From a virus (taxonomy: Duplodnaviria > Caudoviricetes), in the IMG/VR virus record IMGVR_UViG_3300011187_000010, positions 1 to 59,108 of that record: a DNA stretch of 59,108 bases. One strand, 5' to 3'. The notes beneath the pieces are model-generated. The model saw only the letters and a program-made list of their open reading frames with translations, made no database searches and was not told the origin of the DNA. Numbering within the stretch: the stretch's first letter is position 1; every line of letters starts with the position of its first letter. This document shows, piece after piece, positions 9,197 through 19,407 of this stretch. The translations under genes were made by a program, and so were the position numbers.

Positions 9197-9220
9197 TTAA
9201 TTGTTTTTAATTTAGTCTTA

Positions 9221-10195
9221 TTATGCTGAGCATACTTCACATAAATGTGATTTTGCATATTCTTCTTCTGTCATAACACAATCACAGTTATCGCATTTAC
9301 ATTCTTTATCGTCTTCCTCATTTTTGAATCCGTAGCCCATACCAGCTTTTAATGTGTTGTTTTCGTTCATTCTTTCTTTACCATCTAGGTTACCTAGAGT
9401 AGTTTTAGAATTGTAACCCATTAAGTGTTTTATTTTTGAGAAATCTTCATTCATTAAATCTTTTGAATTAGCTTTAAGTACTACAGCTTTACCCTCATTC
9501 ATTGAACCGACCCATTTGATTTCATAACTTTCATTACCATCAGTTAACTCAAATCTCTTTTCGTCTACCCTAAATGATTCTGGTATTAATTTTAAAGCAT
9601 TACCCACACCATTAAAAGGTGTTTTAAATTTAATTCTTTTCATGCCTTCTGTTGCTATTTTCTTAGGTTTTACTCTTTCACCCTTTCTCGTATCAATTTC
9701 GATATCATCACCCATTGAAGTCGTTGGTGTTGTGGCTTTATGTCTCTTATCTGATGAAGCGTTAGCTCTATCAACTAATTTTTTACCAAACTCAGCGTCT
9801 GACGCACCCCATACAGGTTCAGTATTACCGTTTTCGTCACCAGTATATGTTTTATTACCCATCTTTGTACTACCTTCGATAGCTTCTTTAGCTCTTTCTT
9901 TATAAGTTTCATTAGGCTCTCTATCAAACTCAACCATTTCTTGACCGTTCATGATTTCCATATCTTCATGATACTCCTTCTCATCGTCATTGGTATTGTA
10001 TTTTTTAGCGTCGATTGAATCTTCGTCGTCTTGCTTCAAATTCTTATCATAATCACCCATCTTTTTCTCAGTGTCCTTATAATATGAATTGTTTTGACCT
10101 TTACTGGTATTTTGTGCTTTTTTAGTAACTTTTTCACCTGAAATTGACGCTTCAGAGATTAATTTATCTAGTTCTTTTTTTACTATTTTTTTCAT
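9221..10195 (-). CDS. hypothetical protein, possible internal head protein
   Basis: TATTTATA motif upstream; low-complexity charged sequence; LISE/LMNE motifs. Confidence 0.8.
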   Translation of the reverse strand: MKKIVKKELDKLISEASISGEKVTKKAQNTSKGQNNSYYKDTEKKMGDYDKNLKQDDEDSIDAKKYNTNDDEKEYHEDMEIMNGQEMVEFDREPNETYKERAKEAIEGSTKMGNKTYTGDENGNTEPVWGASDAEFGKKLVDRANASSDKRHKATTPTTSMGDDIEIDTRKGERVKPKKIATEGMKRIKFKTPFNGVGNALKLIPESFRVDEKRFELTDGNESYEIKWVGSMNEGKAVVLKANSKDLMNEDFSKIKHLMGYNSKTTLGNLDGKERMNENNTLKAGMGYGFKNEEDDKECKCDNCDCVMTEEEYAKSHLCEVCSA

Positions 10196-10223
10196 TTTAT
10201 TGGTTTATATATAAATATGTTAT

Positions 10224-10835
10224 TTATTGTATAGAGTTTAACAATCTTGATAAATCTGCAACGTCATCTTTATGAACTACCACAGTCTGTCCGTTATCTT
10301 GTGTTAAAATAATTTTATTGCCGTTATCTTTAACTTCCACTGCATATACTGAACCAGCACCAACATTAGGGCTGAAATCTTCTGATACTACAGAACCTTT
10401 TGTCTTTGTAGTTTTAACGACGTTGTCAATAGCTCCTTGACTACAGCCACCATCTTGAGCTACTTTATTATTATTTAACTTAGTGCAATCATCAAAGTCT
10501 ACCATTTCACCGTTAGGGTAGGCAGTCTTCTCAGTGTTTTCAGATTCCATTATTTTCTTTAGCTGACTCTCGGTTATTTTTAACACTTTATGTTCAGCAA
10601 TTAATTTCCAGTCGCCCCAGTCATCTAAAAAAACTTTCTTAAGTTCATCTTTAACATTAGGCCCCCAGTCAGTTACAGCATAATAAGGTTTTTTAACCTT
10701 TTTACCAGTTTTACCATCAGTAAACTCTAAGTATTTCATATCTGAACGAACCTTTCTTCTAAGTAGTCCATTTTTATATACTTGACCATTTTTTATTTGG
10801 TTCTTACTACCTATGTTTCTTCTAATGATATTCAT
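10224..10835 (-). CDS. hypothetical protein, possible virion protein
   Basis: Contains LKITESQLKKIME motif. Confidence 0.8.
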   Translation of the reverse strand: MNIIRRNIGSKNQIKNGQVYKNGLLRRKVRSDMKYLEFTDGKTGKKVKKPYYAVTDWGPNVKDELKKVFLDDWGDWKLIAEHKVLKITESQLKKIMESENTEKTAYPNGEMVDFDDCTKLNNNKVAQDGGCSQGAIDNVVKTTKTKGSVVSEDFSPNVGAGSVYAVEVKDNGNKIILTQDNGQTVVVHKDDVADLSRLLNSIQ

Positions 10836-12049
10836 TACTTACTCTTTTTAGTTCTGTTCTGTTTATTGCCAGCAGTCCAGAAACTACTATTATCACCTAC
10901 TGGTGCATCGTAAGCAAAAGTACCACTATCACCACCAACACTAACTGTTGTTGTTGATTCTTCTAAGTCTTCGTCAATACCGTATTGTTCCTTTACGTCT
11001 TTAACGCAAGATTCATATTTTTCTTTATCTTCTCTACCCACTGAGGCTGTACATATTGCCCATGGATTGATTTCTTGCTCTTCTGATAAATCTTTAAGAG
11101 CCTCTTCTGGACTATCTCCTGTGTCTTTTCTTATTGGACCGTTAAATGATGCGCCACCTACATAAGCTCCGCTTGAGGCGGCCCCTGTGGACTCTGGTAG
11201 CTGATTTAGTAATGATACTAATTCCTCATCATTACCATAAGTATTTAAAATTTCTTCTTTTGTTTCAGGGGTTATCAGGGCTAAGTCACCCCTATCAAAA
11301 GCTTTAGGGTCTTGATAAGCTTTCATTTCACCTTTAATTAATTTGTCGTTAACAAAATTAGTGTAAGCTTCAGGTTCTGGATTACCAGGTATTTCTTCAT
11401 AAGGTTCAACTACTTCGTTATCAAAAGCACCACCTAATAAGGCGAATAATTTATCTTTGTGTTTGAATATGCATAATGAATCTTCACCATAATACACTAA
11501 ACTCATTATTTCTTTATCGGCCTTTATTGGTTCACGTTCGTTACTTACCTCGTCATCTGATTGATTGTATGGTGCTGTAGGGTCGTTTTCAGCGCCAGCT
11601 GGATAGCCACCGTCTAATTCATTCAGAGCTTCGTTTTTTTCTTTAATCTTTTTGTACACCTCCTTTACTTTCCTTCTAAAACCTGCTTTAGGCGTCATGT
11701 ATTCTTTGATACCTGACTTTTCATCAGCTAACTGAATCAAACCTTCTTTTTTTAGTAGGTTAAATAACTTACCCTTAGTAAAGCCTAACTCTTCCCAATA
11801 AGGAGAAAATGGAATTGGCTTTGGTAATGATAAAACATCCTTAATAAATACAATTAATTCTTCTGCAAATTCAGTTAAATTAATTTCTTTATTCTCACCT
11901 TCATTAAGATTAGTTTTACCACTATTATTGTTACTGAACAACCTATTATATTGGTCCTCATTTATTCTTATAATCTTTTTTGAAGGTTTTTTAATTTCCA
12001 AGTCTTTCAACATTAGAATTTGCCTTTCATTTAATTTTAATCTTTTCAT
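10835..12049 (-). CDS. hypothetical protein, possible internal head protein
   Basis: N-terminal KLNERQ and RINEDQYNRL motifs; ESTGAASSGAY and ESTTTVS repeats; INPWAICTASVG module. Confidence 0.8.
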   Translation of the reverse strand: MKRLKLNERQILMLKDLEIKKPSKKIIRINEDQYNRLFSNNNSGKTNLNEGENKEINLTEFAEELIVFIKDVLSLPKPIPFSPYWEELGFTKGKLFNLLKKEGLIQLADEKSGIKEYMTPKAGFRRKVKEVYKKIKEKNEALNELDGGYPAGAENDPTAPYNQSDDEVSNEREPIKADKEIMSLVYYGEDSLCIFKHKDKLFALLGGAFDNEVVEPYEEIPGNPEPEAYTNFVNDKLIKGEMKAYQDPKAFDRGDLALITPETKEEILNTYGNDEELVSLLNQLPESTGAASSGAYVGGASFNGPIRKDTGDSPEEALKDLSEEQEINPWAICTASVGREDKEKYESCVKDVKEQYGIDEDLEESTTTVSVGGDSGTFAYDAPVGDNSSFWTAGNKQNRTKKSK

Positions 12050-12107
12050 GAATTTAAATTTTCGCTAGTCGTTTATGTGTTTTGTTATAAATAGTGGGAA
12101 TAATGAT

Positions 12108-12130
12108 AAAAACCCTCATTGAGGGCTTTT
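12108..12130 (-). terminator. intrinsic terminator
   Basis: AAAAACCCTCA-T-TGAGGGCTTTT. Confidence 0.6.
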
Positions 12131-12156
12131 AAGTGTGAATAATGTGTTTATTTATG

Positions 12157-12933
12157 TCAAAAAGTTAGACCGAAGCCTATTTGGGGGGCAAAAATGACAT
12201 TATAGTTACTTAAATTTATGGTTGCACCAGCGCCAGTGTAGAAACCAAACCTTAATTTCCTCTTTTTAGTGAATTTTTTAAGTGCTGGGTGAGTTGAAGG
12301 GTCGATTAATACGGAATTTAATTCTTTGACTTCAAAATTAGGGTAATCAGAAGATGCAAACATTTCAACATTACCCTCCTCAGTTGTTCTTAGACCTTGT
12401 ATTATGTTAAACTTAATAATATCTCTAGTTATTTTAGTACCAATAGCCGTCATCGCATTGGTTGTTGTATCTAATTTAAACCTAGTTTCACCTGATATAA
12501 ACCTATAGTTTCGTTCGTCATATACCCTTTCATAATCCCAAACAAACGCTTTAGTGTTATCAGGTAATTCCACTAACTTAGTTTTCTCAACAAAAACGGT
12601 ATCTGATTTAATGTTAGCTATCGTTTCAGTTAGTTGACTTATTTTACCAGTGAACCTACCTTTAACTTCTGCTAACCTATCGTTCAATTTTTTAACATCA
12701 GACTCATTTTTAGCAACTAGTATTTGTTTAGAGTACTCTAATTGACCTATCTTGTTTTTACTAACCCTTACTGAGTCTCTTAACGCTAATTGATTTTGCT
12801 TTGCTATTTCTAAGTCCTGTTCGATTGATTGGTATTTATTATAACCCCAATATGCCACACCGAATATCATTAAAAATATGATAGCAGTAACTGCCACCCT
12901 TGAATTTAATACTTTACTTATAAAACTTTTCAT
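12157..12933 (-). CDS. membrane-anchored coiled-coil protein (spanin-like or secreted; uncertain)
   Basis: N-terminal TM helix, coiled coil, C-terminal amphipathic beta-strands ending in Phe (GFYTGAG...PQIGFGLTF). Confidence 0.7.
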   Translation of the reverse strand: MKSFISKVLNSRVAVTAIIFLMIFGVAYWGYNKYQSIEQDLEIAKQNQLALRDSVRVSKNKIGQLEYSKQILVAKNESDVKKLNDRLAEVKGRFTGKISQLTETIANIKSDTVFVEKTKLVELPDNTKAFVWDYERVYDERNYRFISGETRFKLDTTTNAMTAIGTKITRDIIKFNIIQGLRTTEEGNVEMFASSDYPNFEVKELNSVLIDPSTHPALKKFTKKRKLRFGFYTGAGATINLSNYNVIFAPQIGFGLTF

Positions 12934-12945
12934 TTTTCTTTATTT

Positions 12946-13383
12946 TTAGGCTAAGCCACTTTGTTGTACTTCGTTTTCGTCACCTTCTCTTTCCACTGAA
13001 TATTCTGTGGCCAGTTTCTGGGACCATTGTTCAGCCCAGTTATCATAGAAACCTTTTAATTTTTTAATTGTATTAATTGTTTCATCACTAAAAGAAACAT
13101 TATTACCAGTAAGGTATAGACCGTCAGAGTCTTCTAAAGTAAATTGCCACTCTAAACCATCTAGGGCGTCAAACTTACCAGAGAACACAACATTCTTAGT
13201 TTCTGGATATACTTTAAACCCAGTAAATTCAACTCTAGGTGTTACTGTGTTTCTAAAATTAGCGTGCTCTTCACTTAACTCATTTGAAGATAATCCTTCT
13301 TCGGTAGATTCTTTAATTAGATTATTATTTCTGGTGATAGATAACATTTTTTTAGTTATCTCATTTTCATATATGTTTTCCAT
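12946..13383 (-). CDS. hypothetical protein (145 aa)
   Basis: ORF track; TKKMLSITR...LIKE leader. Confidence 0.8.
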   Translation of the reverse strand: MENIYENEITKKMLSITRNNNLIKESTEEGLSSNELSEEHANFRNTVTPRVEFTGFKVYPETKNVVFSGKFDALDGLEWQFTLEDSDGLYLTGNNVSFSDETINTIKKLKGFYDNWAEQWSQKLATEYSVEREGDENEVQQSGLA

Positions 13384-13990
13384 AGTTCTCTATTTTTTTA
13401 CTGAACTCTTCAATATTAAATGCTGGTGAAATGTCTGTTGCAGTTTTAGAAAAGTTAGCTCTATAATAAATACCTTTCTTTTCACTAAACTCACCTATTT
13501 TTATATTATTAGGTGAAACATTTCTTTCAATGTCAAATTCATTAATTAATATGTTACACAGTTGAGCTAACGCATTTATCTGAGTTTTACTATAAGGGGT
13601 CCATCTATTCTTACCTCTCCAACTTTTCTGGTATAGTTTAGACTCACCTTTATAAACTTCACCACTCCAATTAAAATAACTGCCACTCGTGAAATCTTTG
13701 GCTACCCAGCCTTGGTTTTCTAACACTATTGGTATTACTTGTTTGTTCAAATCCTTACTACCTAAGAAATGTGAGTAATACTTAGGATTAAAGTGTTCGT
13801 ATATTTTACCATTTAATAGTATTGTGTATGCAGCCGTCTTCTTATACTTCCCATTTATCTTGTTTCGCCAAGCTTTAAAATGGTTCATGTCAGTTGTTAA
13901 AGTGCCGCCTACTACTATTTTATCCTTATCATACTCTTCAGGTATATACGAGCTTTCATTCAACCTGTACTCGTCTTTATTAATATCCAC
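13367..13990 (-). CDS. N-acetylmuramoyl-L-alanine amidase-like protein, apparently degenerate
   Basis: YTILLNGKIYEHF, IPIVLEN, YSKTQINALAQLC...F.I, DISPAF. The first Zn-His motif reads IVVGGT instead of IVxHxT. Confidence 0.7.
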   Translation of the reverse strand: MDINKDEYRLNESSYIPEEYDKDKIVVGGTLTTDMNHFKAWRNKINGKYKKTAAYTILLNGKIYEHFNPKYYSHFLGSKDLNKQVIPIVLENQGWVAKDFTSGSYFNWSGEVYKGESKLYQKSWRGKNRWTPYSKTQINALAQLCNILINEFDIERNVSPNNIKIGEFSEKKGIYYRANFSKTATDISPAFNIEEFSKKIENYGKHI

Positions 13991-15284
13991 GGTTAGTAGG
14001 TATTTTTGTAGTGTTATTTCTTGCGTTATGTCTTATTTCTTTAATCTCATCTTCATTAAACCTACTCTTATGTTCTTGTTTAGGTTTTATTTTAGTTTTA
14101 ACACCTTGTGGTTTATCACTCTTTTTTTCTTCACCCTCATTTTCAGTATTACCAGATGCTGAATTTGATATCTTTTTCGTTTCACCACTATAAGGATTGG
14201 TTTTACTTTCAGCTTTTAAAGGTTCTATTTCCTTGTTTAAATTACTTAAATCATTTACATGATTTTTATCTTTAATTACTTTGTTTGGTACATAATCGCT
14301 CTTACCACTTAGTGTTATAGCTTGTTCACGAGTTTTTTTAGTAGCTTCCTTTAAATCCTCAACACTTAAAGATTCAGCTGATACTTTACCATCTAAATCA
14401 GTTTTGGCTTTTTTTTTACCTTTGAAAAACTTTTTAAAAAAACCATTACTACCGTTCTTTACTTTTTTATTTTTTTCTTCCTTATTTTTATTTTCTTCCT
14501 CTTTAAATACCCAGTTTGTTGCTATAACTAAGCTTATAGCCAATGGGTCAAAAACAATAATGAAAACTAAAATAAAGTAGTTTACAACTTCATCCATCCC
14601 TGTATCGGTTAGTTCAGCTATGTATTTTAATGGACCTAACTCACCTGACACTTCGGTGTCATTTTCCTTATTGAGTATAGCCATTTGGTATTTCTGTAAT
14701 GAATCTGAAGCTACACTGCGCTTTACCTCAATCTCTTTTCTATTCACTCCCTCAACAGCAATTCTTTCTTGTGCTAATCTAAGTTCAGCTGTTGATATTG
14801 TATTTCTTATACCTGACTCAGTGTTATTATCTCTAACCTGAATTGATGTTACTTTAGCTTTAGAAAGGCTGTTAATACTTTCTGATATTCTATCTAATTC
14901 TTTGTCATATCTAGCAACATCGTCAGCATAGAAGTCTTCTTTTTGTTTTAAAAATGAGATTTCGTTTTCAGCTATTTTTAGTTTTTGAAATGTTTCTTGA
15001 TAAGCTGATGATAAGAAACCATAAATACCTCCAGAAGTTATTGCCATTAGAAACGCAACGCCTATTATTAGATATATTTTCATCATAAGGTTTATTTTAT
15101 ACCAATATCTTTGTAAGTAACTTGCTGTAACTAATTTACCTAATTCTAACGCAGAGGCCATTATAATTACGGCAATCATAGCGCCAGAAAATAATTGACC
15201 TATACCGTATACAGAAAATACTGCGGCACATCCAGCAATCGTCAGCGCTGAAAAACCTAGTAAATACCCAAAATGTAACTTCAT
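13980..15284 (-). CDS. multi-pass membrane protein with coiled coil
   Basis: Three N-terminal TM segments (AAVFSVYG, LELGKLV, ITSGGIYGFLS), coiled coil, ELGPLKYIA..FDPLAISL. Confidence 0.85.
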   Translation of the reverse strand: MKLHFGYLLGFSALTIAGCAAVFSVYGIGQLFSGAMIAVIIMASALELGKLVTASYLQRYWYKINLMMKIYLIIGVAFLMAITSGGIYGFLSSAYQETFQKLKIAENEISFLKQKEDFYADDVARYDKELDRISESINSLSKAKVTSIQVRDNNTESGIRNTISTAELRLAQERIAVEGVNRKEIEVKRSVASDSLQKYQMAILNKENDTEVSGELGPLKYIAELTDTGMDEVVNYFILVFIIVFDPLAISLVIATNWVFKEEENKNKEEKNKKVKNGSNGFFKKFFKGKKKAKTDLDGKVSAESLSVEDLKEATKKTREQAITLSGKSDYVPNKVIKDKNHVNDLSNLNKEIEPLKAESKTNPYSGETKKISNSASGNTENEGEEKKSDKPQGVKTKIKPKQEHKSRFNEDEIKEIRHNARNNTTKIPTNRGY

Positions 15285-15303
15285 ATCTTTTTTATTATAA
15301 ATA

Positions 15304-16086
15304 TCATGAATTCTTAATTAACTTGTAAAGTCCTAAATTATTATGTCTTAATCTTCTTATCGCTTTTTCTTTTATTTGTCTTATTCTTTCTTTAGTTAAG
15401 TCGTATCTATCACCTATTGCTTCTAGAGTCATCGGCTCAACCTTTGTATTAAGACCATAATAACATTCTATAATACCACGTTCTCTATTAGTTAAACAAT
15501 CCATTGTTTTATTTAATACCTTTTTTAGTCTATCACTTTCATCACTAAATGTATCTGTTAAATCTTCTTCACTTGATATAGTATCTTCTAGTGCGAAGCC
15601 AGTATATTCACCCATCTCCTTATTTAAAGAGACACAGCTTGGGTATTCCTTTGGTATTGATTCTAAATACTCTTCATTTTCTTTCTCTAGCTGACTTATT
15701 TTGTTGATAACACTAGATGGTAATCTTATAACCCTAGAATTATCGTTGAGGCTTTGCATAATTGATTGTCTAATCCAATACACTGCATATGATATAAACC
15801 TAAAACCTCTTGTGGGGTCAAATTTATTGGCCGCTTTAATTAATCCGATATTACCATCATTTATTAAATCACTTAGTGATAAACCTAGGCCTTGATACTC
15901 TTTAGCTACGCTGATTGCAAATTTTAGGTTACCTTCAACTAATTCATTTATCGCCTCTTTATCACCATTAACTATTCTATTGGTTAGTTCGTTTTCTTCT
16001 TCAATACTTAATAGGTCACACTTGTTAACTTCGTTAAAATATCTAGTTATTGTGTCGCTTTTTTCTGCTACTATAAATCTTTTCAT
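15304..16086 (-). CDS. rpoD: phage-encoded RpoD/SigA-family sigma factor lacking region 1.1
   Basis: Region 2 (NLKFAISVAKEYQG..DLINDGNIGLIKAANKFDPTRGFRFISYAVYWIRQSI) and region 4 (TLEAIGDRYDLTKERIRQIKEKA). Confidence 0.93.
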   Translation of the reverse strand: MKRFIVAEKSDTITRYFNEVNKCDLLSIEEENELTNRIVNGDKEAINELVEGNLKFAISVAKEYQGLGLSLSDLINDGNIGLIKAANKFDPTRGFRFISYAVYWIRQSIMQSLNDNSRVIRLPSSVINKISQLEKENEEYLESIPKEYPSCVSLNKEMGEYTGFALEDTISSEEDLTDTFSDESDRLKKVLNKTMDCLTNRERGIIECYYGLNTKVEPMTLEAIGDRYDLTKERIRQIKEKAIRRLRHNNLGLYKLIKNS

Positions 16087-16094
16087 TCATTTTC

Positions 16095-16562
16095 TTATAA
16101 GGTTGCAAGAAAGCTTAAAGCTTCCTTTTGGTTAACTGTAAGTTCATTAATGTTATTTAATAATTTATCCATTAATAAACTCCTTTCTTTATCATCTAAT
16201 GATGATAACTCTTTTTCATCGTAAGAATCTTTTAAAGTTACTTTTTTTTCATTTTCATCTTCGTAACCCTTTTGATTTTCTACGTCCAGTTCGTTGAACA
16301 TTACGTTATGTATTTCTCTATCGTCAATGTGAGCGGTAAAGGTTTTATTATTCATTTCTGATATAAAAAAACTTCTATTACCTATATTTAATATTTCTTT
16401 CACTCTACTAATATCTAACTCAGTTTTAAAGGTCGCTACCAACGCTGTGTCTTTGCGACCCTTTAAAACCTTTACAGGCTCTACTGATATATTATCTAAA
16501 TCATCACTTAAACCTTTAATATTATCCATTGCAATAATACAAAATGTTTTCACATCCATCAT
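16095..16562 (-). CDS. hypothetical protein (155 aa)
   Basis: ORF track. Confidence 0.8.
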   Translation of the reverse strand: MMDVKTFCIIAMDNIKGLSDDLDNISVEPVKVLKGRKDTALVATFKTELDISRVKEILNIGNRSFFISEMNNKTFTAHIDDREIHNVMFNELDVENQKGYEDENEKKVTLKDSYDEKELSSLDDKERSLLMDKLLNNINELTVNQKEALSFLATL

Positions 16563-16577
16563 TTATCTTGTTTTGCA

Positions 16578-16609
16578 CCAAGATACTATATTTTGCTACT
16601 AAAAACAAG
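16578..16609 (-). promoter_or_regulatory. Bacteroidota-type promoter upstream of the hypothetical-sigma factor pair
   Basis: CTTG-N20-TATCTTGG. Confidence 0.6.
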
Positions 16610-16611
16610 TA

Positions 16612-18849
16612 TTATAGTTTTATAGATGATATGTTATCAACCTTTTTAACTGTAATAACTTTATCTGACCAATCCTTAACTAAATCATTGTGGGTTATGA
16701 AGAATACAATATCAAACATACCTTTAATTTTTTCAAACATAGGTCTCACTTTTTCTATGTTATCTGCCGCTAGTTTACCTAGTACCTCATCAAAGGTTAT
16801 GAAGTTAGGCTTTGGTAAATGAGATATTTTACTTAACACACATCTAAGAGCTAAGCTTGATATCGTTCTCTCTAGGCCACTACCAGACTTTAATAACTTA
16901 GTTACATCATTTTTAATGATATGATACTCAACATCATTTTTATTTGTCATAACTAATTCCACCTCAAAGTCACATACATCATCTAACAACCTTTGTATCT
17001 CTGAATTTATTATTGGTAGTACTGACCTCAACACTAACTTACTAATACCCTTTTTACCAACCAACTGAAGATATATTTTGAATATTTTTTCTACTTCCTC
17101 TTCACGTTTTAAGGTCTTAATCATTTTAAGGTTTTTAGTTAACTCCTCCTTAGCTGATTTGATGTTTTGCTTAGTAGTGAATATGTTCTGGTTGATTTCT
17201 GATTTAGTGTTATTTTCAACGACTAAATTAGTTTTTACTGCTGAGACATTAGATTCTATTGTAATGTTAGTTTTAATAGCATCCTCATTACTTTTATATT
17301 TTTTCAAATCTGCTTTTTTAGAAACTATCTTATTTCTTAACGCCCCTATTTCGACTTCAGCTTTGTCGCACTCTAATTCTAACCTGTCTCTTCTATCAAC
17401 GACATCTCTATTCTCCTTAATTTTAGTTATCGATTTCTGAACCCTTGCTAACTTATTTTCTTTTTTAGTTAAATCATTTTTCAATGACTCTATCTTTTCT
17501 TCATATTCCTTTATTGTTTCCGAGTTGTCAACATCATCTAAAGGTCTTTTACACGTCTCACAGATTTCACTGTCTCTAAGGTTATCAATCATCTTGCCAA
17601 ATGACATGATGTCATTCTTGTAAGACCCTATCTTTATTGATATATCTCTATCTTCCTTAGTTAGTTTATCATATTTATATTCGTCGTAATTAACATCTTT
17701 GATTTCAGCAATCTTAGTCTTAAACTCTTCAATTTTATTTTTGTAGGTAACACCTTTCTTAGTTATTGTGTCAATATCACCTTCTAACTTTTCAGGGTTT
17801 AAGTCTGATACTTCAGAATCTATTTTTAATTTACTATTTATTAACCTTTCTTTTTCATCCTCTAACCTTTGTATTGTTTTTTCAGAAGCATCCAGTTTTT
17901 TAGTATACTCTACGACCTCTTTTTCATATAAACCTATATTTTCCTCAAGAGTTTCATTATCGTTAAGTAAAGTAGTTACATCGTAATGATTACCTTTTTT
18001 TAGTTTGTTAAATTCAGAGTTCATATCTTTAGCTATTTGCTCTTTGGCTTCTATAAGCTCTAATCCAATGAATCTAGTCAGTAACCTACCACTCTCAGTT
18101 GGTTTAGCATCGATTAAGTCTTCTAAGTTCCTAGCAGTAGTTAGAATGGTTATATCAAAATCTTTTTCACTACCAATATTATTCTGAATTACCTGTCCAG
18201 TTTTCTTAGCGTCTTCGTCATTCAATAACACCTCCTCACCATCAGGTAGTAATTCGTAGTAATTTACTTTATTTGTTGTGTTCCAACCTTTACCACCTCT
18301 TTTTGGTCGTCTATTTAATTTACGCTCAATAATCATTTCATTACCTTCGACCTCAATCATACCTCTAACAGTTAATTCGTCCTTGTCAGTAAATGTATTG
18401 AATATTTGTTCGTTCTTATCGGTTTTAGTAGTTTTACCAAATAATAAGAATTTAATCGCATCTACAGTGAAAACCGTGTTATGAGATACAATATCATTTG
18501 AGTAATATTGATGAACTTCAGATACTTGTACATCATATAAAGTATCTCGCTCATCTAACAACTTAATTGACTTAACATTTGAAATTCCATCTCTAACTTG
18601 GATAGGAGTTCCTATTTCAATATTCTTTAAAACTGTGAAATCACCATCCTCTTTTTTTAATCTATGATAATCAGCACCTTCAACATACGCACCATTTTCT
18701 AATTCACATTTATATACCTCGGCATTTTCTTCAGTTATACCGCACCATTCAATATCGTGAAAACCATATGGTGTGTCAACTTGAAACCCCAAATCACCAT
18801 ATTTTTCAAAAATATCATTTAATTTACCTATCTCAATTTCTTTAATCAT
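16612..18849 (-). CDS. split-intein C fragment fused to the Rad50/SbcC (gp46-like) C-extein
   Basis: The first 124 aa form a Hint C-part ending IVSHN|T. Then coiled coil, zinc hook CETC, signature SGLE, Walker B FITFDE and H-loop ITHN. Confidence 0.92.
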   Translation of the reverse strand: MIKEIEIGKLNDIFEKYGDLGFQVDTPYGFHDIEWCGITEENAEVYKCELENGAYVEGADYHRLKKEDGDFTVLKNIEIGTPIQVRDGISNVKSIKLLDERDTLYDVQVSEVHQYYSNDIVSHNTVFTVDAIKFLLFGKTTKTDKNEQIFNTFTDKDELTVRGMIEVEGNEMIIERKLNRRPKRGGKGWNTTNKVNYYELLPDGEEVLLNDEDAKKTGQVIQNNIGSEKDFDITILTTARNLEDLIDAKPTESGRLLTRFIGLELIEAKEQIAKDMNSEFNKLKKGNHYDVTTLLNDNETLEENIGLYEKEVVEYTKKLDASEKTIQRLEDEKERLINSKLKIDSEVSDLNPEKLEGDIDTITKKGVTYKNKIEEFKTKIAEIKDVNYDEYKYDKLTKEDRDISIKIGSYKNDIMSFGKMIDNLRDSEICETCKRPLDDVDNSETIKEYEEKIESLKNDLTKKENKLARVQKSITKIKENRDVVDRRDRLELECDKAEVEIGALRNKIVSKKADLKKYKSNEDAIKTNITIESNVSAVKTNLVVENNTKSEINQNIFTTKQNIKSAKEELTKNLKMIKTLKREEEVEKIFKIYLQLVGKKGISKLVLRSVLPIINSEIQRLLDDVCDFEVELVMTNKNDVEYHIIKNDVTKLLKSGSGLERTISSLALRCVLSKISHLPKPNFITFDEVLGKLAADNIEKVRPMFEKIKGMFDIVFFITHNDLVKDWSDKVITVKKVDNISSIKL
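18478..18849 (-). mobile_element. IntC of an atypically split intein (124 aa)
   Basis: Block B (VEGADYHRL), block F (LYDVQV), block G (YYSNDIVSHN), +1 Thr; no block A. Confidence 0.9.
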
Positions 18850-19268
18850 AATATTTCTTGTAATTTAAAAAATTCTTGGATTATGTTTTCACCACCTCTT
18901 TCATTCCAACATTTGATGAAATATTCTGGTGTAACTCCATAATTTTTACTAAAACTTTCAACTGTCCCATTACTACCCCTCAAATGTCTATGGAAAGGTG
19001 TGTTTATATCAATTTTAACCTCTAATCTAGTATTTTTATTTATTTTACTAACTTCATTAAAATTTATCTTTTCTATTGTGAATTTATTACCCCTTAATTT
19101 ATCTTTCGATACTATGCGATTATCTGATAAATTGAAAACATTTTCAATTTGTAAAAACGGTGAACACCCACTTACCATGACTAAATATTTAATATCAGGA
19201 TAACTATCTTGGGTGTATAAATAAATGCCACTTCCCATTTCATTAATTTCAATTTTAGTTTTTTTCAT
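18846..19268 (-). CDS. hypothetical protein inserted between the split-intein halves
   Basis: ORF track; stop overlaps the IntC start; no endonuclease motif recognised. Confidence 0.75.
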   Translation of the reverse strand: MKKTKIEINEMGSGIYLYTQDSYPDIKYLVMVSGCSPFLQIENVFNLSDNRIVSKDKLRGNKFTIEKINFNEVSKINKNTRLEVKIDINTPFHRHLRGSNGTVESFSKNYGVTPEYFIKCWNERGGENIIQEFFKLQEIL

Positions 19269-19271
19269 AAT

Positions 19272-19385
19272 TTAAATTTTTTTACACTTATCTATAACTT
19301 TTTGTTTATTTCCTAATCTATATTCTGACCCCAAAATATATAAAACCCTCTTTATTGGTAATATCTAATTTGTTTTTAATCTTTT
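19272..19385 (-). pseudogene. possible remnant of a Vsr/DUF559-like homing endonuclease C-terminus
   Basis: Two frames give KIKNKLDITNKEGF and LYILGSEYRLGNKQKVIDKCKKI*, resembling the GF.V..IWE.EY....K.I.KC ending of such nucleases. Confidence 0.4.
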
Positions 19386-19407
19386 AATGATTACACTAGG
19401 GTCCACA

